Of a DNA stretch of 64,000 nucleotides, positions 38,960-51,360 are shown piece after piece. The position numbers were made by a program, and so were the translations under genes. The notes under the pieces are model-generated. The model ran no database searches and had not been told where the DNA came from. It saw only the letters and a program-made list of their open reading frames with translations. The number at the start of each line of letters is the position of its first letter. Positions within the stretch are counted from its first letter, which is position 1. The stretch covers positions 24,614,001 to 24,678,000 of the forward strand of contig NC_043003.1 of assembly GCF_006345805.1 (NCBI RefSeq). The letters are read 5' to 3'. Origin of the DNA: Octopus sinensis. Lineage: Eukaryota.

Positions 38960-40180
38960 CTTTCTACTAAATGCACAAGGCCTGAAATTTAGGGGAGGGG
39001 GAAAGTCGATTACATCAGCCCTAATAGTTTCTGCCATAGACACAAGGCCAGCAATTTTTGGTAGGGGTGGAGTAAGTCAATTATATCAACCCCAGGTTCA
39101 ACTGGTACTTATTTATCAACCCTGAAAGGATGAAAGACAAAGTCAACCTCAGCAGAATTTGAACCCAGAATGTAAAAATGGACAAAATACCACTAAATGT
39201 TTTGCCTGTCTGTCTACCTTATATAATCTACTATAATAATACTCTTGTGTTGTTTTTTCTCTGTTACAACATATGAATGAGAAAGGAAGGGGTGATGGCA
39301 AACAGATAGTGGGATGATGGAAATTCTACAGTGAAAAAAACAATCAAACAGTGTTTCAACTATGTGTGTGTATGTAAAAGAGAGGTATGTGAATGTGTCT
39401 GTGTGTGCAAAATGGAAGTGGAATGATGAACATTCAATGCTGAAAAGAAAAATCAAACAGCATTTCAACTCTGTGTGAGTATGTGTGTGTATGTCTGTGC
39501 ATGTACAAGGGAGGTATGTGAATATATGTGTGAACCAGCATTCTTTCAGTAACAAACAATGATTGATGTCACATCTCAAAAGACAACCACTAGATAACAT
39601 TGACAAGTGTAATTTGATTTACCATCTGTATTATATCTGTTTTGTTAAAAATAATTATTACAATCGCACACACCTACACAACATATACATATACAAACTC
39701 ATTTGAGAAAATAATTATTGTCTGAGTGTATCAAGAATATAAAATAATTGCAGTTGAAAGGTATATTATAAATTTGGTAATTAAAGAATTATTAAACTAA
39801 AAACTTGGTTTTGTACCTTATATATATGTAAAATACTACAATTATCTTATTTATATGTAAAATACTACAATTATGTACTTTATATGTAAATGTAGGCATA
39901 GGAGTGGCTGTGTGGTAAGTAGCTTGCTTATCAACCACATGGTTCCAGGTTCAGTCCCACTGCATGGCACCTTGGTCAAGTGTTTTCTCACGCCAACCAA
40001 AGCCTTGTGAGTAGATTTGGTAGACGGAAACTGAAAGAAGCCCGTTGTATCTATATGTGTGTGTGTGTGTTTGTGAGTCTGTGTTTGTCCCACTATCGCT
40101 TGACAACCGATGCTGGTGTGTTTACATCCCCGTAACTTAGCGGTTCGGCAAAAGAGACTGATAGAATAAGTACTAGGCTT
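37495..40180. repeat. Near-identical tandem duplication, unit ~1.34 kb (37495-38842, 38843-40180)
   Basis: Identical 130-aa ORF-track entries at 37881 and 39214 (offset 1333); differences are mostly microsatellite length. Confidence 0.95.
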
Positions 40181-43036
40181 CTAAAGAATAAGTCCTGGGG
40201 TTGATTTGCTCAACTAAAGGCAGTGCTCCAGCATGGCTGCAGTCAAATGACTGAAACAAGTAAAAGAGTAAAATATTACAATTGTACCTTATTTATATGT
40301 AAAATACTACAAATTTTTGACATCACAGGGCCAGCTAGTAATAATAATAATGAGGATGATGATTCTTTCTATGATGGGCACAAAGACTGACATTTGCAGG
40401 GGCAGGATAATAATAGTTTATTATGTCAACCTCAGTACTCAACTAGTACTTAGCTTATTGACTCCAAAAAGATGAAAGATAATGTTGACCTCAACAGAAT
40501 CTGAACTCAGAATGTAAAGAGCTGAAAAAATGCCACTAAGCATTTGTCTCACACAGTAACAATTCTACCAGCATGCTGTCTTAATAATAAATAATAATCT
40601 TTTCTACTCTAGGCACAAGGCCTGAAATTTTGGGGGAGGGGAGGCAGTGGATTAGATCAACCCCAATATGCAACTGGTGCTTAATTCATTGACCCTGAAA
40701 GGATGAAAGGCAAAGTCGACCTTGGCAGAATTTGAACTCAGAACATAGAGACAGATGAAATACCACTAAGCAGTTGTCTTAATAATAATGATAATGCAAA
40801 ATGAAAAATGGTGGGGGTGAGGCATGGGAATAAATAAAACCCATGTAAGTACCAGAATAATAATAAGAATGTGGGTGTCGACCAATTTTTTTTTTTCCTT
40901 TAGGTAGAGGAATAATTTTGTAATCTAAGAGATTAGAGACTATTTAAGCTAAGGCCAGTTGTACCAGAAATAACTAAGGACAAAATACTATCAAAATATT
41001 TGTTTTCAAACAATGAAATAAAAATTTATAAAAGAAAATTAGATTTTTAAAAATGTCTTTGGCTATTTTAAGAAATAAATTAACAATTACCATCTGAAAG
41101 ATGCATATCAGCCATTTAAAAACACCACTGACAAGGTTACAGCTGGTATGATGAAAATTTCAACACCAAACTATAAATGCTGAAATGAAGTTAAGTTTTT
41201 TTGCGTGTTTTTGAATAACTAAAATGAGTCTTCCATACTGTAATTGTTTTAGTTCCAACACATGATCTCAGATCAAATTATTTGCCAGGCAAGTACATCT
41301 CCAAAACTAAATAAAAGAAATTTTTATCTCTCACAGGGTTGGATGGTTCTACAAAGTCAAATATTTGTAATGATTGGCACAATGAATGGCTATTCTTTTT
41401 AAACTACAAATTCAAAATCTGAAAGATTACATGTATTCATAAATGTGTATTTGGGATTGATTTTATATATATATATATTTAATTTTTCATTTATTTTAGT
41501 TGTATTTATTTTATTTTATTTTCCCTGCTGTGTCTCATTGTGAAGATCTCATTTATACATAAACTACTTCCAGGCAGAATTTCTATAGTTCTTTTGTCAG
41601 ATGGCGTCAGTATATCAAACATTGATGGTTTACATGTCCGGAATGCTGCATTTCATACTATATTCAATATAACGTAATCATGAGATTACAAAACTTTTAC
41701 TGACTTGATATTGATTACAGAATATCATTATTGAAATCCTATCATTGGTAGAATATCTTTCTGGGTGTATCTCCATCCTCATCAGCTTAGGATTTCCCTA
41801 ATTATTTTAAATAGAAGCTTCTTTTTATTATTGGTGTTGTTGTTAATGCAGTGATGCAGTTTTGAATTTACAAATAGTATTTTTAATCTATCATTTTAAT
41901 ATTGATTCATTCAACTAAAATTTTTCAAGGTGCCCCAGCATGGCTATAAAACAAGTAAAAAGATACATACATACACGCATGCATGTCCCAACATGGCAAC
42001 AGCCCTGGGGTTGGAACTACTAAGAGTAATACATATAAACACATGTATAGAAATGCATAATCCTGATCTACCTGTCCATTTACACTTTAGTGGGCTGTCT
42101 AATCCTAACCCTATTCCTAATCTAGATCAGATCATTTCACAACACAGACTATGAACACTGTGGTGGGTCACACACACTAAAGTAGCACCCTATATTCTTA
42201 ATATAGTGCAAAATGGGTTTGATAGGCAATGTGCTAAAGGCATCAATCTCACCAGTCTTGAAGCGCCTGTGAAAACCATGGACAGTCTCTTCCTCCAAAC
42301 TAGTGCAGGAAAATAACCCAGTGTAAACTGGTGCTGAATTGTGTTCCCTTTTATATTAAAGTTTATTTATACATTCAGTGAATTGAGATTTGTATGCCTT
42401 CTGCTATCAACCCACCTGAGACCACCCCTGGTTCTGAAATCTAAATTTAAACCTTCCATCAAAATTTCATGTTCATTTATATTCCAAATACCAGTTTAAT
42501 AACGATGAGTTATTTTGCTAAATAATTCAATTATTTTAACAATGAATTGAAACAAAGGCTAGTGTTTTTATGTTTGGTTTGCAAAATTCTTGATGTGAAT
42601 TTGTGTGCTGAAGCAAATTTTGTTGTGTCTTGGCAGAGCCATGATGCCAGTGATAATAACATATGCACAGGTTTGATTCTAAGTCTATATTGTTAGTCAA
42701 CTGGTTAAATGCCCAACTGACTAACCAATCAGTCATCTGTTTCATGTGTTGGTTTAACAATTAATCAGTTATCTGTCGGTCAAAGTTCTTTCATCACCAT
42801 TTGTGACCTTTTCTAAGTGTCTGAAGGCAAGTGTACTTAGCAGAAATATGGTAATTGAAGGAATAAAGTAAGTACCTCACTGAAATAAATTCTGAGATTG
42901 ATACAATCGTCTGGAAACCTTGAAGGCAATATTTTCAGTGTACTTTGCAATCTAGTGACCAAAACCAATAAAAGAATGCATGCATGTGAGTGTGTGTGTG
43001 CACGCACACATGTGCATGTACATGTATAGCAACATA

Positions 43037-43253
43037 TGAGGGGGTGCTGAAAAGTTCCAGGCTTTAGGTTAAAGAAATTACTGGAGGATCAGTTAATTAT
43101 GATTTTGTTCAACATACTCCCCTCTCAGATCACACACTTATTGCAGTGATCCTTTCAGTTTTTCTAAGCCCTGTAAAACAACTTAGAAGTTTAGACCTCC
43201 AACCAGGCTTTGCATGATACCCTTAAACCCAGGAATTTTTCAGCACCCCTTTA
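43037..43253. mobile_element. Mariner-type MITE
   Basis: TA-flanked TIR gagggggtgctgaaaagttcc / ggaatttttcagcacccctt. Confidence 0.75.
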
Positions 43254-43976
43254 TACCTCTCAACATTTCTAACTCCCTTTCTCTTTCCCCCACTCTCTCT
43301 CTCTCTCTCTTCCTCTCTCTCTTTCTCTCTCTCTGACTAAGGACTTACTAACATGTTCCATTGTAATCTCATTACTATCACGTTGCTAATACAGTAAGGT
43401 GATTGGGGCAGGTCTTTCTACATTCTGCAATATTGAAATGTTCATCTTGTTAATCACTACCTCCCACCCTTCCGTCTTTCACAGTTGATATATTCAAAAT
43501 ATCACACTAGGCGCCTACGATTTATGACTTACTATAGCCTCTGCCTCAAGAATCAATCACATCAGTCCAGTCACTCTACATTCATAAATATTCACTCCTA
43601 ATCTATTGCATCTTCACACTTCCATTGTCCAATGTCTAAATAGATGCATTGCTGCAAGATTGCTAAATTCATTCATTCAATCGCAAAATGAATTTAGCTT
43701 GTATCTTACATTTTAGCTATGTGGTAGACTGACTCATCTACTCAGGCATTATTTGGCTGAGATGAGATGAAACAAGCAGTTTGCAAATCACAGCTTTTCT
43801 CAAACAATGTCTGTCATTACAAACGATGTGCAGTAATGAACAAAAGAGGCCCCCATTAGCAAGGAAGCTTTTTCTCATATATACTTACATTGTTACAATT
43901 AATCCCTCTGTCAAACCCAAACAAGCTGATCTATCGTTAAAAGTATTTAAGCTGTAACAATCCAGATCAGCTATGA

Positions 43977-44160
43977 TCAAGAGCATTCCAACCATGACCA
44001 TCTAACTGAATCATAGTCAAAATCATTCCAGTCATGACCAACCAGCTGTGTCGTTGTCAAAAGCATTCCAGCTATGACCATCCAGCAGAGTCATGGTCAA
44101 AAGCATTCCAGCCATGATCAACCAGCTGAGTCATTGTCAGAAACATTCCAACCATGACCA
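43977..44160. repeat. 40-bp tandem repeat, ~4.6 units
   Basis: Units start at 43977, 44017, 44057, 44097 and 44137 (tcaaaagcattccagctatgaccatccagcagagtcatgg). Confidence 0.9.
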
Positions 44161-44379
44161 ATGAGTATTTTTTGTCTTTTTTTTTTTAGAGAGAGTGGAT
44201 AGTATACTACCTTGAACTATAATTTGCTCCCTTTAAGACAATTAGATTCAGGAAAATTTTGGCTTCTGTTTATTGCATGTCAAGTGCCCATGAAAGACTA
44301 CCCTCATTGGCTTGTCTGTGCTAATGTCATTAATCAGGGCATCGACGAAGCAACTTGGCAACATCGTTATTACTGTTAT

Positions 44380-44880
44380 TATTGAGAGCCTCCTCCAATA
44401 TGTTGCACTTGGTGAAGAATGGAGTTTGATATAGCTACCCTCATTTGCACCTCTTGCCTTGATGTAGGTTCATCTAAGACTCTCAACAGGAAGAGGTCCA
44501 GCTTTGATTTAAAAACGACTACATCTACTTTGTGCAGGTTCCTCAGGCTCTTTGGGGGAAAATAAAAAAGCTGTGGGCCCTTGAAACCCAGGCTGTTGCA
44601 GTAACTGGTCCTGAAGCGCGATGGCGTTGCTGGGATCTTTGGCACTATGCAGTGTCATCCCATTCTGGCATTGGTGTAGCTTTCAATGTCAAAATTTGGC
44701 ACAATTCCTTCCAGGATCTTCCAGATGTATATTACTGCGTACCTCTCCCACCTTCTCTCCAGGCAGTAGAGTCTTAGCTGTTTCAGCCTTTCCCAGTAGC
44801 TGAGCAGTTGCAAAGGGATGATCTTCTTTGTGAATCTTCTCTGGATTGCTTCAAGGTCCACTTGAAGCAATCCAGGGATT
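44380..44880 (-). mobile_element. CR1/L2-clade LINE ORF2 C-terminal fragment
   Basis: LEAIQRRFTKKI...LSYWERLKQLRLYCLERRWERY and FKSKLDLFL...DEP motifs. Confidence 0.85.
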
Positions 44881-45927
44881 GCTATTAATATATATATTTA
44901 TATCTAAGTATATATATTTATATTCATATTATATATATATATATTGTCCAACCCATGCTAGCATGGAAAGCAGACGCTAAACGATATATATATATAGTCC
45001 AACCCATGCTAGCATGGAAAGCGGACGCTAAACGATATATATATATATAATATCACTATCTTGAACTACATGACCTGTGGAATATTTGTTTGCTATTTCT
45101 AGCTGGTAAAATACATGCATAGAGACTCCACCATTAACTTGTAGCTGGGTATCACTGTTATGTTTCAGTAGCACCGATATGAGTTATTGTGGCAAATAAG
45201 ATAAAAGAGAGAGACAGGCAGAAAATATTTCATAGCAAAGAGGTTTTAGATGTAGCTGTCTTCAGATGCATTTATGGTAGCCAGTAGATAGTCTGGTAGC
45301 CAATTGCCACTGTCAGGTTGGACATGTTTGAGCATTATCTGCTGACCATTGCTGTATGTATGGGTTTCCATTTTTAGTGTATGTATTTTGAAAGGAAATA
45401 ATGTAAACTGCAAACTGTAAACATTAAGAAAAATAAGTATTTCTCTACAAAAAAAAAATGCTAATGGACTTTTTAAGTTCACAATTGTGTGCAGCCCTGA
45501 CAAAATAATAAAATACATTCTTCTTATTATTATTGTTGATATATATATATATATATCAACAATAAAATATATACATACACACACCCACACACACACATTT
45601 ATATATATATAGCACAAACATGGTTAAGAAGCTCGCTTTGCTACCATATGGCTTCTGGTTCAGTCCCACTGCATGGCACCTTCAACATGTGTTTTCTACT
45701 GTAGCCCATGGATGACCAAAGCCTTGTAAGTAGATTTTGTTTGGTAGAAACTGAAAGAATCCTGTGTATGTATATATGCATGTTATCTATATAGATATAT
45801 ATATATGTGTGTTTATATTTATAAATGAAGGTGCATGGCTCAGTGGTTAGAGCATTGAACTTACACTTGTGAGGTTGGGAGTTCGATTCCCAAATCAAGC
45901 TGTGTGTTGTGTTCTTGAGCAAGACAC

Positions 45928-45959
<32 letters not shown>

Positions 45960-46514
45960 ATGGGCTTCTTTCAGTTTCCATCTACCAAATCCACTCACAA
46001 GGCTTTGGTCAGCCCGAGACTATAGTAGAAGACACTTGCCCAAGGTGGCGCACAGTGGGACTCAACCCGGAACCATGTGGTTGGGAAGCAAGCTTCTTAC
46101 CACATAGCCACTCCTGTACCCAGGAGTATATAAAATCTGTTTGTGTGTGTTACTGTCTCTTTTGACATAGCATGGTAGTTATAAATATCAACCCCATGGC
46201 GCCCTTCATTTTCAGTCTCCTGTGAAAACATGTCTGGTCATGGGGAGATAATACATTGCTTGGAAACAAGTGAGGGGTAGCAACAGGATGGGCATATGGC
46301 CATAGAAAATCATCTCGGCAATTTACATCTTGCAATATCTCGGATGCAGCTGCGCATCGTTAACCAGCTAGGGGAGATGCCCTCTTGGGGTTAAAAAAAT
46401 CGAAGTAAAGTCTATTCGAATGGACAGCCGTGTTGAAGTGACTACGAACATCACTTATATGTGTATATTTATATGCATGTATGTGTGTGTGTGTGTGAAC
46501 ATTGTACATTTGTG

Positions 46515-46770
46515 TGTGTATATATGTGTATATCATCATCATTGTCCATTTTCCATGCTAGCATGGGTTGGACGGTTGAACCGGGGTCTGGGAAGCCAGG
46601 CTCCAGTCTGATCTGACAGTGTTTCTACAGCTGGATGCCCTTCCTAATGCCAACCACTCTGTGAGTGTAGTGGGTGCTTTTTACGTGCCACCGGCAGAGG
46701 GGCCAGGGGAGGCTGGCAAACAGCCATGATCGGTTGGTATTTTTTACGTGTCACCGACACGAGAGTGTAA
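46515..46770 (-). mobile_element. Family C repeat
   Basis: Reverse complement of the 534-718 type, with (CAT)n end. Confidence 0.8.
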
Positions 46771-48001
46771 ATGTGTCTCTGTGTGTGTATATATACATGT
46801 CTGTGTGCACGCATGTGTGTGCATATAATGCTGAAGCATTTATACTGTCTACATTTGAGCTCTTCAATGTGTCTGTATCTTTGCCTTCAGTCACTTACAG
46901 CATCTAAGCTCTTTACAGAGTTCTACTATTTAACATTGTTACGGTCGTTAACATACCCTTCCGTTCCATTCCGTTCCGTCTCCTAAATGCCCCTCTCCCC
47001 TCTCCCCACCCACCCACCCCACTAATCAACCGACTCTTCTCAGCAGAAATTTTTAGTTGCGGTTATAAATAAAAACGAATATAATTGTCTGAATCTGATG
47101 GAGTTTCTGGATATTGGTTTTAACAATCTTAAAATATTTACAGATTCGTTTACAATTAATGTAAAATTTATTACATTTTTTTTTCTTTTCCTTTAATTTT
47201 TTTTTTATCCTTTTTCTTATATGGTTTGAAGTCTTGATTGTTGAACTTGCATATATTTTTTTTTGTATTTTTTTTTATCTGGGTTTTTTTTTGTTATGTA
47301 CATGTATTTCTTTTTTTGTTGTTGTTTTTCATTCCTATCATAGCATAGTTCTAAGAATTCGGACTTCGTGATTTATGATTTTATAAGCTCATTCATAATG
47401 ACACCCATGCAAATATGAAATGAAAGTAACACATACTGCCATTACAGATGTTGTTACTATTGTTGTTGTGGTTGTAACTGTTGTAGTTGTTGTTCCTCTG
47501 AGATTAATACATATCTTTCAACATGGCAGCTAATGTGCCTTGAAAGAAGGTGAATATTGATTCAAATATTAAAAAAAAAGTAATTTTTCTTTTTTTTTGC
47601 TTTTACTTGATTTTTTTTCTCCATATCAAATGGATGGTAAAATTGCGATGTTTGCCAAAACCTCAAGATGTAGTGGTTTGATTCTTTGGTACTTTTTCTT
47701 TTTTTTCCTTTCTTTTTTTTTTGTACAAATCAAATTTCACACATAAAGAAAGAAAAAAAGAAAGAACCTAAAATTTTTGCCAATTCAAATTTGAAGTCAA
47801 AGTTTTAATTTATTTATTAGCTTGGAAGGGTGAATTTTGTTTTGTTTTATTTTTTAAATTTTAATTCTATTAAATTCAATTTCAGTTAGTTTTGGGGTTT
47901 TTTTTCTATTTGATTCCTTCTTTTCTTTCTTTTTGTTTATGAAATAAATATCTGTTTCACAGATTTGAAATTTTCAAAGACATGTTTGCATGTGTGTATG
48001 C

Positions 48002-48032
<31 letters not shown>

Positions 48033-48593
48033 TACACATGTATCAACGGTGCAAAAAGTTTTTTAAAAAACATGAAGACAAGGTAAAAAAAAAAACAAGT
48101 GAACTGGGTGTATTTGGTTGATGTCAGGAAAATTGGAACAAGTTTTTAGTTTTGAGCCGACACTCTTATACGGAAGGAATAGATGAGGAGAGAGAAAAGT
48201 AAAGAGAGATAAGCATGTCTCAATTATATATTTCTTGAAATATGCAGATGCATACACTTGCGCATGCACACACGCATGTCTGTGTGTATATATCTGTGTG
48301 TGTGTGTGTTTATATTTGCTCTTCTGGAAAATCACTGAGCTACAAGCAGTGATGTTGTCATTTGCCCTGTTAGCAAATCATCTGCTGGCTTTGCACTTTC
48401 AAAGACATCTGAAAAAGAGATCACTGACTGGAAAAACAGATACATGTTAGTGACAGGAAGAGCATCCAGCTGTAAAGCAACGCCTCGGTAATATATTCAT
48501 CTAACTCAGCATGGAATAATGAACAAATAAAAAATATTCAACTTGCCTGTCCTTGGATACCTTCAACAATTTGGCTCCAAACCATATCATTAA

Positions 48594-48808
48594 CCCTTTC
48601 GTTACCAACCCAGCTGAAACTGGCTCTGTTGTACAAATGTCTTGTTTTCAAAAGTTTTGAATTAAAATCTTTCACCCAAACTCAGTCACAATTTATGTTC
48701 CTAACACTAGCTGAATGATAACTAAGTTATTTTACTAAATTCTTTGTTATATTTAAAGTAATTGAAAGAAACACAGAGCATCTCAAAATAAATACAGTAA
48801 CGAAAGGG
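48594..48808. mobile_element. Intact piggyBac MITE
   Basis: TTAA TSDs (48590, 48809) and perfect 12-bp TIR ccctttcgttac/gtaacgaaaggg. Confidence 0.9.
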
Positions 48809-49399
48809 TTAATGATCCAATAAAAAGACCAGCATTCTTAACAGTCAACCACTTCATTTCTATTTGCTCAATGGTATTCATTCTCTCAGAGAATATTTTG
48901 TAAAAATAATTTTTTTAATTCTTACAATTGTCTTGGGTACTTAAATCATTGTCAGCATTGCCTCATTGTTAGCTTCCTAGATCTTATGATCTAGAATGGT
49001 CATAGACAGGCTACAGCCTGTGGGTCTTTCTGAAAGGCACACCAATGAAAAATTACCTTGAGGTCGTTTAGTATTGTGCCCTCACCCCTGATTATGAGCC
49101 ATGTTTCATGCATCCCATTTCTTAAAGAATGGCTCCATGCCTGATCTAGAGGTATTCCAGATATGACAATCATGCTTCTTAGGGGTATCTAGTATTATAT
49201 AGTATGCTTTTTTATAATCCTTTAGCATTCAGATTACTCTTTTAAACGTAATGCTTATTTATTCTCTTTGTTTTGAATTAACTGTGCTTTCTCTTGTAAC
49301 TTCAAGATTTTAATGATGTGATTGTTTATTTCTAAAATGGCAGTGTTGGTTAGGTGTAGGAGGCTGGGTCTGGCCACTATTGAATATGAAATGGATAGG

Positions 49400-49973
49400 C
49401 TATTTGGGTTGGATGTGCCTCTGGCTCTGTAGTACAAATGTCTTGTTTTCATAAGTTTTGAACTAAAATCTTCCAACAAACCTTAGTCACAATTTATGTT
49501 CCTAACACCAGCTTAATCTCTCTATATATAAACGCAAAATGTCTGTGTGTATGTCCTTTATACAAATCCACAATTTTTCAGTTAGAGGGCTTGCACTGTC
49601 TATGGTCATTCAAAACTGTCCAAGGGTGGTTGTGCATATCTTTAAATTTCCCCAGTCACCCCGCAAAGCCATTAAAAAATCAGTAGAAGTGACTTTTTTG
49701 TGAATTTTCTATCCAAAACCCAATCAAAATGCCCGAAACTTGATACGCCAATTGAATGCCAGCTAGCTGTATGTGATTGGTCGGAGATTTCGACAGTACT
49801 CGCGTGTATGTGCGCACGCATGCAGCTGTATATGCATGCACTAGCACTATGACCCGGCAACGTCGGGTCATAGTGCTAGTAATAACTAAGTTATTTTACA
49901 AAATTCTTTGTTATATTTAAAATTAATTGAAAGAAACCCAGAGCATCTCAAAATATATACAGTAACAAAAGGT
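49400..49973. mobile_element. Second copy of the same piggyBac MITE, split by a Helitron
   Basis: 49423-49516 and 49880-49973 align contiguously with 48620-48808. Confidence 0.8.
49517..49879 (+). mobile_element. Non-autonomous Helitron with perfect terminal hairpin
   Basis: A|TC start, CTAG|T end, no TSD; stem ctagcactatgacccg/cgggtcatagtgctag. Confidence 0.9.
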
Positions 49974-50959
49974 TTAAATGTTGCATGGTTAAGATGGTTA
50001 GGTGTGTTTTGAGCATTGAGCAGTTCAGGCTACCACATAGAGGGTTTCTAAACATACCAGTTAGACAATTCACTGAATAGTCACTATCTGTTTTAATTTC
50101 TTTATTGATGCCCATGTGGATGGGAGGGGATGTGTGTACTAAATTTATGACTATAAAACACCAGGTATTATTTTTATTGAAGTTTTTCCAGAATACAGAT
50201 GTATGTTTTATTATTTAGTTGCTTTTTAGCTTCTATGAGCAGAGTAGTTGGGTAGTTATTAGTATAGAGTGAGCTTCATTATTTGTTCTAAAAAAATTCC
50301 GTTGAAGCACTAAAACTAGCATATTGACACTTCTTCCTGTGAAATGACAGTAATAAAAATAAGAATGTGCTTTAAAAAAATTCATAGTTACTACTATAAC
50401 TGTACAAAGTTTAATAAATTCTGTCACAAAATGCTATGATCAACTACTGTAAACTACAGCTGATATTGCCACACCCTAAAAGCCTCCACATTTTGACCTG
50501 ATTTCACTTTTGTTTCAAAACTTTTGAATATGCATTATTAGAATTTTAAAACAAATTATGAAGATTATATCTTGATACTGTAAGAACAGTCATTATAAAG
50601 AAAAAATGAGTTGATGAATATTTCATTTTTTTATGTGGTTTTCAAGAGTCTTGATGGGTGCTCAAGCGTTGAAATGTTTTGTTGTTTCTTGGGAGGGTCA
50701 TTATGCAAATAATAAGCACATGCACTGGTTCTATTTCACTTTTTTTTTATTTGTTACTTGATGCCAAGACAATACTCCATATGCATAAACACACACGCAA
50801 TATAACATCTGGCACAATCAGCAACAGAGAAATCTGGCCAACTTTGTTGTGAATTTCATGTTTTTAATTATTTTGTTATTAAATGACTGGATATCCTTGC
50901 TCCCCACCCCAATCAATTTATAGTGTGTATTAGATGCATTTTATCGTGCTCGTCATGAT

Positions 50960-51360
50960 CAAGATCCCTTAACTGATTTAGCCAGTCATTAGGGACCCAC
51001 TCTTGATACTTTCATAGTCTGCTGTTGCCACTGGCATAGCAGATTCCCTCTGAAGAATGATTTTGGACAAGGAGTTGTGGTGGGACACATGACCACATGT
51101 CTTTTTACCTGCACAAGAAGTGGTTCCTGTCCACCAGCATATTTATTGACTTGCTGCCTGACAAAAGTTGTTCATTTTGTGTTCTGTGAACAAAATGTGT
51201 AGCAGCCTTCTGAAGCACTTGTATTCTTCACTTTGTGCTAGCTGTAAGAGTCCAGCTTTCACATCCATACAGAAGGATCGAAGTCACTCTGAATCTTGTT
51301 TGAAAACTAACGGAATTGCTTTTCTAGATAGTGTTCAGCTTCATCATGACAGCAGAGGCT
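50960..51360 (-). mobile_element. RTE LINE ORF2 C-terminal fragment
   Basis: Minus strand VTSILLYGCESWTLTA motif. Confidence 0.75.

Noticed and set aside
43977-44160. CRISPR-like regular repeat
   Set aside because: No unique spacers; whole units are homologous; eukaryotic context.
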